Shown piece after piece: positions 55,868 to 64,000 of a stretch of 64,000 nucleotides of DNA; position 1 is the first letter of the stretch, and each line of letters opens with the position of its first letter. The stretch is from Roseburia sp. Its GTDB lineage: Bacteria > Bacillota > Clostridia > Lachnospirales > Lachnospiraceae. Under the pieces are notes generated by a model. That model was given only the letters and a program-made list of their open reading frames with translations, was not told where the DNA came from and searched no databases. The stretch covers positions 27,223 through 91,222 of the forward strand of contig JAMPFV010000002.1 in the NCBI GenBank assembly GCA_023664265.1. Direction: 5' to 3'. The position numbers and the translations under genes were made by a program.

Positions 55868-57694
55868 ATGTGTGGAATAGTGGGCTACATTGGAACGCAT
55901 GCCGCAGCCCCCGTGATTTTGGAGGGACTTGCGAAGTTGGAATACAGAGGATATGATTCGGCGGGGATGGCGGTTTTCGACGGAGAGAAGATACAGATTG
56001 CCAAGTCGGTCGGCAGGCTGAAGGTGTTGGAGGAGCTGACGCACGACGGGGCGACCATGCCCGGGGTGGCCGGGATCGGACATACGCGGTGGGCGACGCA
56101 CGGCGCGCCGAGCAATGAGAATGCGCACCCACATTACAACACGGACGAGACGATTGCCGTTGTCCACAACGGGATTATCGAGAATTATCTGCCGCTCAAG
56201 GAGAAGCTGATTTCAAGAGGGTATGATTTTGTGTCCGATACAGACACGGAGGTGCTGGCGCATCTGATAGACTACTATTACAAGGGGAATCCGTTGGAGG
56301 CCATCACCAAGGTCATGCACCGCGTTCAGGGCTCCTATGCGCTGGGGATCATCTTCGCGGAGCATCCGGATGAAATCTTTGCGGTGCGCAAGGACAGCCC
56401 GCTGATTGTCGGACAGAATGAGAGCGGCTGCTTTATCGCCTCGGATGTTCCGGCGATACTCAAGTACACGAGAAAGGTCTATTTTATAGAGAATCAGGAG
56501 GTTGTGCGCCTGCGCGCGGATCACATGCATTTCTATACGGTGGATGAGGAGGAGCTGACCAAGGAGCCTGTGACCATCGAGTGGGATTCGGACGCGGCGG
56601 AGAAGGGCGGATACGAACATTTCATGCTCAAGGAGATGTATGAGCAGCCCAAGACCGTGACCGACACGCTGATGCCGCGCCTGAAGGACGGCGACATTGT
56701 CATCGAGGAGCTTGGCATGAGCGACGAGGAGATTCGGAGCATCCGCAAGATCTATATCGTGGCCTGCGGTTCCGCGTACCACACTGGCGTGACCGCAAAG
56801 TATGTGATTGAGGGCATTGCGAGAATCCCCGTGGAGGTGGACGTTGCGAGCGAGTTCCGCTACCGTGACCCGATACTGGAGGAGGGGACGATGGTTATCG
56901 TCATCAGCCAGTCCGGTGAGACGGCCGACACACTAGCGGCGCTCAGGGAATCGCAGAAGCGCGGACATAAGGTGCTTGGCATTGTGAATGTGGTGGGCAG
57001 CTCTATCGCGCGGGAGGCGGACAATGTCATGTATACGTGGGCGGGGCCGGAGATTGCCGTGGCGACGACGAAGGCCTACAGTGCGCAGTTGATCGCGCTC
57101 TATCTGCTGGCGATGAAGTTCGGCAGGGTGCGCGGGAAGCTGGAAGACGAGGCGTTCCGCCATATGCTGGAGGATTTGAAGCGGCTTCCGGAGCAGATCG
57201 AGATGTTGCTGTCCAATAAGAAGAAGATACAGAAGTTTGCGAACCGCTACGTCGCGGCGAAGGATGTGTTCTTTATCGGAAGGGGCATCGACTACGCGAT
57301 ATCCATGGAGGGTTCCTTGAAGCTCAAGGAGATTTCCTACATCCACTCGGAGGCTTACGCGGCGGGCGAGCTCAAGCACGGCACGATTTCCCTGATTGAG
57401 AAGGGGACGCTGGTTGCCGCCGTGGCCACACAGGATAAGCTCTTCCAGAAGACGCTCAGCAATATGGTGGAGGTCAAGGCGAGGGGCGCGTTCGTGCTCG
57501 CGGTGACGAACGAGGGCAATACGGATATCGAGAAGGCCGCGGATTATGTGATCTACATTCCGGGCACGAACCCGTATTTCGCAAATTCACTGGCGATCAT
57601 CCCGCTGCAGTTGTTTGGGTACTATGTGGCGGTCGGAAAGGGCTGCGACGTGGATAAGCCGAGAAACCTCGCGAAGTCCGTTACGGTGGAATAG
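55868..57694 (+). CDS. glmS: Glutamine--fructose-6-phosphate aminotransferase
   Basis: MCGIVGY N-terminal nucleophile, two SIS domains, ends KSVTVE. 608 aa. Confidence 0.95.
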   Translation: MCGIVGYIGTHAAAPVILEGLAKLEYRGYDSAGMAVFDGEKIQIAKSVGRLKVLEELTHDGATMPGVAGIGHTRWATHGAPSNENAHPHYNTDETIAVVHNGIIENYLPLKEKLISRGYDFVSDTDTEVLAHLIDYYYKGNPLEAITKVMHRVQGSYALGIIFAEHPDEIFAVRKDSPLIVGQNESGCFIASDVPAILKYTRKVYFIENQEVVRLRADHMHFYTVDEEELTKEPVTIEWDSDAAEKGGYEHFMLKEMYEQPKTVTDTLMPRLKDGDIVIEELGMSDEEIRSIRKIYIVACGSAYHTGVTAKYVIEGIARIPVEVDVASEFRYRDPILEEGTMVIVISQSGETADTLAALRESQKRGHKVLGIVNVVGSSIAREADNVMYTWAGPEIAVATTKAYSAQLIALYLLAMKFGRVRGKLEDEAFRHMLEDLKRLPEQIEMLLSNKKKIQKFANRYVAAKDVFFIGRGIDYAISMEGSLKLKEISYIHSEAYAAGELKHGTISLIEKGTLVAAVATQDKLFQKTLSNMVEVKARGAFVLAVTNEGNTDIEKAADYVIYIPGTNPYFANSLAIIPLQLFGYYVAVGKGCDVDKPRNLAKSVTVE

Positions 57695-57733
57695 CGCGGT
57701 GCGCTTGGGTTGGAGAAGTAAGGAGAAAAACGG

Positions 57734-59083
57734 ATGAATAACGATATAAAAAAGACGGTGGCGGCAATTGCGGGCTGTGTCCTTCTGTCGTCCGGATACG
57801 CGGCTGTGGGCGCGTTTGCTTATCAATATGTTCAGGAGAATAAGGCGGAGTTCACGGAGGCTTTTGCCTTCCTGCCCGACGCTTCATGGGAGGCCGCGGA
57901 CGAGACATACAGGGAGTCGGCGCAGTCGCGCGCGGCAAGGCGTCAGGAGGAGAGCGAAAGAGAGGCGAGAGAGAACGCGGAGCCGGAGGCGGCTGAGGAA
58001 GCGCCGGAGACCGTGCCGCAGCAGGTACAGAGACCTGCGCCCGATGTGGGAAACGTGCAGATTGTACCGCAGACGGATATGGTGACGGCGGTGGTCTGCG
58101 ACGTGACGGAGGTCGTCAAGGCGGCCATGCCCTGCGTGGTTGCCATCACTAACGAATACAGCGCCTATGATTACTGGTATGACAGGATGGTGGAGGAGGA
58201 GGCGAACGGCTCCGGCATTATCGTCGGACAGAACGAGGAGGAGCTTTGGATTGTCACGAACTATCATGTCGTGGAGGACTGCAACAATTTGTATGTCCGG
58301 TTTATCGACGACAGCGAGGTGGAGGCCTTTGTGAAGGGCACCGCGCCGGATAACGATTTGGCGATTGTCAGCGTCTTTCTGGAGGATATGGACAGCGATA
58401 CGCTGAATGCCGTCGCGATAGCCGTCCTAGGGGATTCGGACGCGCTTCAGGTGGGCGAGCCGGCGATAGCCATCGGCAATTCTCTTGGCTATGGGCAGTC
58501 GGTGACGACGGGCGTTATCAGTGCGCTGAACCGGGACGTTTTCGCGGATGATCCGGATATCAATCAGGGCTATCTGATACAGACGGACGCGGCCATCAAC
58601 CCGGGCAATTCCGGCGGCGCGCTGCTGAATATCCGCGGCGAGGTCATCGGAATCAATTCCAGCAAGATTGCGGACTATGTGATTGAGGGAATGGGGTACG
58701 CGATACCGGTCGCCACCGCGAAGCCGATTATCGAGGAGCTGATCGAGCAGGAGACCCGAAGGAAGGTCTCCGCCGACAAACGCGCGTTTCTGGGAATCTC
58801 CGGCAGTGATGTCTCGGGCGATGCCATCGACAGCTATAATATGCCGGAGGGCGTATATGTCGTGCGGGTGGTTAAGGGCAGCGCGGCGGAGAAGGCAGGC
58901 ATTTTGAAGGGAGACATCATTATCGAAATCGACGGGGAGGAGATTACCTCGATGACGCAGCTGCAGGGCGTTCTGGAATATTATACCGCGGGGACGCAGG
59001 CGGAGGTCGTTGTTATGCGGCAGGAGCAGGGAGAGTACATAGAGCGGACGATGAACGTGGTATTGCAGCACAATGACAATTGA
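57734..59083 (+). CDS. htrA: HtrA/DegP-family membrane-anchored serine protease with a PDZ domain
   Basis: N-terminal TM, then TNYHVV (His), DLAIV (Asp) and NPGNSGGALLN (Ser). C-terminal PDZ (GVYVVRVVKGSAAEKAGILKGDIIIEIDG). Confidence 0.9.
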   Translation: MNNDIKKTVAAIAGCVLLSSGYAAVGAFAYQYVQENKAEFTEAFAFLPDASWEAADETYRESAQSRAARRQEESEREARENAEPEAAEEAPETVPQQVQRPAPDVGNVQIVPQTDMVTAVVCDVTEVVKAAMPCVVAITNEYSAYDYWYDRMVEEEANGSGIIVGQNEEELWIVTNYHVVEDCNNLYVRFIDDSEVEAFVKGTAPDNDLAIVSVFLEDMDSDTLNAVAIAVLGDSDALQVGEPAIAIGNSLGYGQSVTTGVISALNRDVFADDPDINQGYLIQTDAAINPGNSGGALLNIRGEVIGINSSKIADYVIEGMGYAIPVATAKPIIEELIEQETRRKVSADKRAFLGISGSDVSGDAIDSYNMPEGVYVVRVVKGSAAEKAGILKGDIIIEIDGEEITSMTQLQGVLEYYTAGTQAEVVVMRQEQGEYIERTMNVVLQHNDN

Positions 59084-59107
59084 CCGCATCGGCGTGGTTA
59101 GAAAGGC

Positions 59108-60718
59108 ATGGTTGGGAATATGATGGACAACAATGAAGATTTTGAAATGATAGACATTGCTGACGAGGAGGACAACGACGGGGAGAGCGCGTCGGAGACA
59201 AAGCAGCCGGGAGCGCCGTCCGCGGATGAGGAGACGGACAAGGAGAAGGAGAGCGATTACGAGGATGTGTGCTTTATCTGCCGGCGGCCCGAGAGCAAGG
59301 CGGGGAAAATGTTCAAGCTGCCCAATCACATCTCCGTCTGCTCGGACTGTATGCACAAGACGATGGATACCGTCAGCCAGTTTGATTATCAGGGAATGCT
59401 GAACCATACCATCAATCCGGACGACGAGACCGGAAAGGATGGGAAGCGGCGATTCCCCAATATCAGCTTTGTGAATATTGCGGATCTGCAGGGGGACGGC
59501 GGCATTCCGAACCGCCAGAAGCTCAAGCGCAAGAAGCCCAAGGAGAAGAGCCGGGAGGCGGTATTTAACATCAACAATCTGCCCGCGCCGCACAGGATTA
59601 AGGGACAGTTGGACGATTTTGTGGTGGGGCAGGAGCACGCGAAGAAGGTCATCTCGGTGGCGGTGTACAACCACTATAAGCGGGTGACGACCGGAACGAT
59701 GGACGATATCGAGATCGAGAAGTCGAATATTTTATTGCTGGGGCCGACGGGCTGCGGCAAGACCTACATGGTAAAGACACTGGCAAGGCTGCTGGATGTG
59801 CCGCTTGCCATCGCGGACGCGACCTCGCTGACGGAGGCGGGCTATATCGGGGACGATATCGAATCCGTCATCTCCAAGCTGCTGGCCGCGGCGGACAACG
59901 ACGTGGAGAAGGCGGAGCGCGGGATCGTCTTTATCGATGAGATTGACAAGATTGCGAAGAAGAAGAACACGACCTCGCGGGACGTCAGCGGGGAATCCGT
60001 GCAGCAGGGAATGCTCAAGCTCCTTGAGGGCGCGGATGTGGAGGTTCCTGTGGGGGCCAACAGCAAGAACGCGATGGTGCCGCTGACCACGGTGAACACG
60101 CGGAACATATTGTTCATCTGCGGCGGCGCGTTTCCGGATCTGGACGAGATTATCAAGCAGCGGCTGACGAAGCAGTCCTCCATCGGCTTTAACGCGGAGC
60201 TCAAGGACAGATTTGACAAGGAGCCGAATATCCTGAGCAGGGTGACGGTCGAGGATATCAAGAAGTTTGGCATGATACCGGAGTTTATCGGGCGGCTTCC
60301 GATCATATGCCCGATGGACGGCCTGACCAAGGAGAGCTATGTCAAGATACTGCGGGAGCCCAAGAACGCGATTTTGAAGCAGTACCAGAAGCTTCTGGAG
60401 CTGGACGAGGTAAAGCTCATATTTGACGACAGCGCGCTGGAAGCGATTGCGGAAAAGGCGTTGGAGCGCGAGACGGGCGCCCGCGCGCTGCGCGCCATTA
60501 TCGAGGAGTTTATGCTGGATATCATGTATGAGATCCCCAAGGATGACAATATCGGAGAGGTGACGATCACCGGCGATTACATCAACGGAACCGGAGGCCC
60601 CGTGATTGAGATACGCACAGAGAAGGTACATGCCAAGGCGCCTGCGGCTATCGAGGAGAAGCGGGAGCCTGTGGCTGAGAGACCGAAGGTGGAGGAGCAT
60701 AATTTTTATGAATTTTAG
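59108..60718 (+). CDS. clpX: ClpX-type AAA+ unfoldase with N-terminal, linker and C-terminal extensions
   Basis: Zinc ribbon CFIC...CSDC, Walker A GPTGCGKT, Walker B IVFIDEIDK and IGF loop SSIGFNA. At 536 aa it looks longer than ClpX proteins I recall. Confidence 0.85.
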   Translation: MVGNMMDNNEDFEMIDIADEEDNDGESASETKQPGAPSADEETDKEKESDYEDVCFICRRPESKAGKMFKLPNHISVCSDCMHKTMDTVSQFDYQGMLNHTINPDDETGKDGKRRFPNISFVNIADLQGDGGIPNRQKLKRKKPKEKSREAVFNINNLPAPHRIKGQLDDFVVGQEHAKKVISVAVYNHYKRVTTGTMDDIEIEKSNILLLGPTGCGKTYMVKTLARLLDVPLAIADATSLTEAGYIGDDIESVISKLLAAADNDVEKAERGIVFIDEIDKIAKKKNTTSRDVSGESVQQGMLKLLEGADVEVPVGANSKNAMVPLTTVNTRNILFICGGAFPDLDEIIKQRLTKQSSIGFNAELKDRFDKEPNILSRVTVEDIKKFGMIPEFIGRLPIICPMDGLTKESYVKILREPKNAILKQYQKLLELDEVKLIFDDSALEAIAEKALERETGARALRAIIEEFMLDIMYEIPKDDNIGEVTITGDYINGTGGPVIEIRTEKVHAKAPAAIEEKREPVAERPKVEEHNFYEF

Positions 60719-61358
60719 AGAAAAGAAATTGACGTGGTTCGCCCGTCCGCCGAAATTCCAAAAGCGCATGGTGATGATGATCTGCGGCGTGATCGCGCAG
60801 GGCCTGGGGCTTTCCCTGCTGCGGGCGATCAACCTCGGCACGGATCCCTGCTCCTGCCTGACGCAGGGGGTGACGAACTATGTACATCTGAGCTTTGGGA
60901 CCTGCCAGTTTTTGTGCCATCTGGTGACGTTTGTGTTTGTGGTGCGCTTTGACTTGAGCAAGATTGGCTTTGGCACTATCGGGAATATGTGCTTTTTGGG
61001 ATACATATCGGATTTTTTCCGGTGGATTTGGACGCTGATTCTTCCGGCGGACTTTTTCTCACTGACGGCGAGCCGTTACCTGCTGCTGATTCCCTCCCTC
61101 GCGGTGTTTCTGGTGGGAGCGGCGGCCTATATGTGCGCGGGGCTTGGTTCCTCCCCCTATGACGCGCTGCCGTTTATCCTGTCAAAGCATGTAAAGCGCT
61201 TCTCGTTCAAGGTGGTGCGCATGATGTGGGATATCGCGTTTATGGCCGGCGGCTTCCTGCTTGGCGGGGACGTCGGCATCGTGACGGTTCTGGTGGCGTT
61301 TTTCTTAGGGCCCGTGATCACGCTGGTGCAGAGGAAGATGGAAGCGCTGTTGAAGTAA
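60708..61358 (+). CDS. Polytopic membrane protein (YczE/DUF6198-like)
   Basis: About 216 aa from the ATG at 60708, overlapping the clpX stop. Motif MVMMICGVIAQGLGLSLLRAINLGTDP. Confidence 0.5.
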   Translation: MNFREKKLTWFARPPKFQKRMVMMICGVIAQGLGLSLLRAINLGTDPCSCLTQGVTNYVHLSFGTCQFLCHLVTFVFVVRFDLSKIGFGTIGNMCFLGYISDFFRWIWTLILPADFFSLTASRYLLLIPSLAVFLVGAAAYMCAGLGSSPYDALPFILSKHVKRFSFKVVRMMWDIAFMAGGFLLGGDVGIVTVLVAFFLGPVITLVQRKMEALLK

Positions 61359-61370
61359 GGAAAGATTCGG

Positions 61371-62165
61371 ATGACGGAGCTGGAGGCGTATTACAATAAA
61401 TTTAACGAGGAGAAGCGGCTGGATTCGCGCCACGGGCAGGTGGAGTACCGCGTCTCGATGGCGTACATCCACCGGTATCTGGCACAGTGTGAGGCCGCCG
61501 GCGCCGCAAGGCAGGAGATACGGGTGCTGGATATCGGCGCGGGGACAGGGCGCTACAGCGTGGCGCTCTCCGAGGAGGGCTATGACGTGACGGCGGTGGA
61601 GCTGGTGCGCTATAATCTGGGCATCCTGAGAAAAAAGGCGAGCGCGGTGCGGGCGATGCAGGGAAACGCGCTGAATTTGAGGAAGCTTGCGCAGGAGCAG
61701 TTTGACGTGACGCTGCTGTTCGGGCCGATGTACCATCTGCTGACCTTCGAGGAGAAGCGGCAGGCGCTTGCGGAGGCGAAGCGGGTCACGAGGACGGGCG
61801 GCGTGATATTTGCGGCTTACTGCATGAATGAGTACGCAGTGATCAGCTATGCGTTTAAGGAGCGCAATGTGCTTGCGTGCATGGAGGAGCGGCGGCTGAC
61901 GGCGGATTTCCACACGGTTTCCGACAGGGAGGCGCTCTATGACTATGTGCGCGTGGAGGATATCGACGCTTTGAACGCGGCGGCGGGCCTTGAGCGGTTG
62001 ATGCTGATATCGCCTGACGGGCCGGCAAACTACATGCGGCCGTTTCTGAATCGGCTGACGGATGAGGAATTTGAGCTTTTTGTGCAGTATCAGCTTGCAA
62101 TCTGTGAGCGGCAGGATTTGATAGGCGCCGGCGCGCATACCGTGGACATTCTGCGGAAAATCTGA
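61371..62165 (+). CDS. Class I SAM-dependent methyltransferase (small-molecule type)
   Basis: Motif I VLDIGAGTGRYSVAL and the acidic loop DVTAVE. 264 aa. Confidence 0.75.
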   Translation: MTELEAYYNKFNEEKRLDSRHGQVEYRVSMAYIHRYLAQCEAAGAARQEIRVLDIGAGTGRYSVALSEEGYDVTAVELVRYNLGILRKKASAVRAMQGNALNLRKLAQEQFDVTLLFGPMYHLLTFEEKRQALAEAKRVTRTGGVIFAAYCMNEYAVISYAFKERNVLACMEERRLTADFHTVSDREALYDYVRVEDIDALNAAAGLERLMLISPDGPANYMRPFLNRLTDEEFELFVQYQLAICERQDLIGAGAHTVDILRKI

Positions 62166-62182
62166 TAGTGGGAGGAAGAGCA

Positions 62183-64000
62183 ATGGAGATAAATCAGATA
62201 TTGGATGAGCTGGATGCTCTTTTTGCGGAGGAGAAAACCGATGAGATAGAAGACTTTTTGTCACGCCATATCGCGCAGGCGCAGCTCGAGGGGAATCGGG
62301 AGGCGGAGCTGGTGCTTTACAGTGAGCAGATTGGGTTTTACCGGGAGACCGGACAGTATGAGGCGTCTGTCAATTGCTGCAACAAGGCGATTGCGCTGAT
62401 GGAGGAGATGGACATCGCGGGGACGATCCCGTATGCGACGGTGCTGCTGAATATCGCGAACGCGCACCGCGCCGCGGGACTGCTTCAGGAGTCATTGGCG
62501 TATTATAACCGTGTGCTGCCGGTCTATGACGAGCTGCTGGCGCCGGACGATATGTACTATGCGTCGCTCTACAACAATCTCAGCCTGCTGTATCAGGAGA
62601 TGGGCGATTTCCGGTCTGCGAAGGAGCAGTTGGAGAAGGCGCTTGCCATTGTGCAGAGCAAGCCGGACCAACAGTTCGAGATTGCGGTGACGTATGCGAA
62701 CCTTGCCAATACCTGCATTGAGCTTGGCGAGGACGACGCGGCGAAGGCGGACGCGGAGGAGGCCATTCGGATTTTTGAGGCGCTCGGCGTTGACGACGCG
62801 CACTACAGCGCGGCGCTTTCCGCGCTGGGAAGCCTTTATTATATGGAGAAGAACTACGAGGAGGCCTGCGCTGTCATGGAGAAAAGCCGCGACTGCGTGG
62901 CAAAGTATCTCGGAACGGACAATGTGCAGTATGAGCGGTTGAGCGAGAATATTGCGATTATCCGTCTCAAGCTGGAGAAGAATGTAAAGGCCGCTTCGCC
63001 GGAGGGCTTTGAGACGGATTTCCCGTCGGAGGAGGCGGAGAGCCTTGAGACGGATTTCCCGTCGGAGGAGCCGGAGAGTCTTGAGACGGACTTCCCGTCG
63101 GAGGAGGCGGAGAGCCTTGAGACGGACTTTTCGGCGGTCTCCTATGTGGAGCCGGTGATGCTGCCCTGTATGCGGGAAGCCGCAGCGGAAGAGCCGGAGG
63201 ACTTTACGCCGGAGCTTACCGGGCTGGAGCTTTGCCGTGCCTACTACGAGGAATACGGCAGGCCGATGATTGCGGAGAGATTCCCTGAATATGAGAGCGT
63301 TATCGCGGTCGGTCTGGTCGGGAAGGGCTCGGACTGCTTTGGGTTTGATGACACGCTGTCCGCAGACCATGATTTCGGGCCGCGCTTTGTGATGTGGGTG
63401 ACAAAGGAGGTTTATGGCAGAATCGGGGAGGCGCTTCAGGCGGCTTATGAGGATCTGCCGGACTGTTATCGCGGAGTAAAGCGCAACGAGACCTTTCACG
63501 GCAGGGACAGAGCGGGCGTGATGATCATCGAGGAGTTCTACAAGGGTCTGCTGGGGTATGATCTGCTTGGAGAAATCAACGCGTGCGGGGGGCAGGAGAG
63601 CCTCGGCACGATAAAATATTGGCTGGCAGTTCAGGATTACGCGCTTGCGGCGGCTGTCAACGGCGCGGTATTTCGGGATGATGCGGGGATATTTACGCGG
63701 TATCGTGAGCGCCTTGCGGCCTATTATCCCAAGGCGGCGTGGTATCGGAAAATTGCACAGGCGTGTGCCCTGTTCTCACAGAGCGGGCAGTACAACCTGC
63801 CGCGGATGCGCAGGCGCGGGCAGCTTGCGGCGGCGGAGCTGGCGAAGGCGGAGTGTATGAAGCAGGCGATGAAGCTCAATTATCTCTTAAACCGGCAGTA
63901 TGCGCCACATGACAAATGGCTGTTTAAGGGAATGCCGCGCAATCCGGAGATGGTGACGGAGGGCGAGGATGGCGCGCTGTGGGATGTCGCGGGGCTGGTG
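62183..64000 (+). CDS. TPR-repeat protein fused to a DUF4037-like domain (3' end outside window)
   Basis: This frame is not in the ORF track because it has no stop in the window. ATG at 62183 follows the RBS gggaggaag. TPR-like helices (AYYNRVLPVYDEL..., LYQEMGDFRSAKEQLEKALAI), a repeat linker, then LVGKGSDCFGFDDTLSADHDFGP. Confidence 0.7.
   Translation, partial: MEINQILDELDALFAEEKTDEIEDFLSRHIAQAQLEGNREAELVLYSEQIGFYRETGQYEASVNCCNKAIALMEEMDIAGTIPYATVLLNIANAHRAAGLLQESLAYYNRVLPVYDELLAPDDMYYASLYNNLSLLYQEMGDFRSAKEQLEKALAIVQSKPDQQFEIAVTYANLANTCIELGEDDAAKADAEEAIRIFEALGVDDAHYSAALSALGSLYYMEKNYEEACAVMEKSRDCVAKYLGTDNVQYERLSENIAIIRLKLEKNVKAASPEGFETDFPSEEAESLETDFPSEEPESLETDFPSEEAESLETDFSAVSYVEPVMLPCMREAAAEEPEDFTPELTGLELCRAYYEEYGRPMIAERFPEYESVIAVGLVGKGSDCFGFDDTLSADHDFGPRFVMWVTKEVYGRIGEALQAAYEDLPDCYRGVKRNETFHGRDRAGVMIIEEFYKGLLGYDLLGEINACGGQESLGTIKYWLAVQDYALAAAVNGAVFRDDAGIFTRYRERLAAYYPKAAWYRKIAQACALFSQSGQYNLPRMRRRGQLAAAELAKAECMKQAMKLNYLLNRQYAPHDKWLFKGMPRNPEMVTEGEDGALWDVAGLV
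63011..63135. repeat. 36-bp tandem repeat x3 plus a partial unit, encoding ETDFPSEEAESL
   Basis: Units at 63011-63046, 63047-63082 and 63083-63118, read directly. Confidence 0.95.

Noticed and set aside
1-64000. Mobile elements, prophage, integrative elements, tRNA, rRNA and toxin-antitoxin or defence islands.
   Set aside because: I recognised no transposase, integrase, recombinase or phage structural motifs in any frame, and no terminal inverted repeats or tRNA-like cloverleaf regions by eye. Acquisition is suggested only by compositional mosaicism and the GT4 remnant.

Overview
About 50 genes, all on the + strand, many with overlapping stop and start codons. Nearly the whole 64 kb window is one cell-envelope glycopolymer locus of Gram-positive type. 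A Clostridia-like host is only an inference, from LCP, TagA, GtrA, GH25 and cell-wall-binding repeats. I found no rRNA, tRNA, CRISPR array, transposase, integrase or recognisable defence genes.

Layout, 5' to 3':
- **1-1424:** a decayed GT4 remnant and an AT3 acyltransferase.
- **1600-4817:** a CDP-dideoxyhexose block (rfbF-rfbH-rfbG).
- **4867-19479:** an unusually dense run of polytopic GT-C-like membrane proteins. It is interleaved with cytoplasmic glycosyltransferases and contains one GtrB-like polyprenyl-phosphate sugar synthase.
- **19476-24771:** an atypical SDR, a WbaP-type phosphoglycosyltransferase, a TagA-like GT26, a YdjC-type deacetylase and an SGNH lipoprotein.
- **24822-27461:** two more membrane proteins plus an ArnE/ArnF-like small-transporter pair.
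- **27690-35617:** a 1285-aa membrane-anchored GH25 muramidase with a repetitive acidic N-terminal tail, then rmlB, rmlA, a second GH25 paralog and rmlC.
- **35624-46951:** an ABC-transporter-dependent polymer module. It comprises Wzm, Wzt with a C-terminal beta module, a methyltransferase plus kinase-fold protein with WbdD-like domain order, three giant multidomain GT2 enzymes and an orphan Cys/His protein.
- **47050-55843:** phosphoglucomutase with its own promoter and terminator, GtrA, two GT2s, a second phosphoglycosyltransferase, an LCP ligase with a long basic tail and another GT2-like gene.
- **55868-64000:** housekeeping-type genes: glmS, htrA, an extended clpX, a YczE-like membrane protein, a SAM methyltransferase and a TPR-DUF4037 protein that runs off the window.

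The most interesting candidate is the WbdD-like capping and cap-reading export logic (Wzt C-terminal module plus methyltransferase-kinase-fold protein). In this locus it is combined with a very large set of extracytoplasmic GT-C enzymes and with GH25 muramidases embedded in the rml operon. All functional calls rest on motifs read by eye. No database search was possible.
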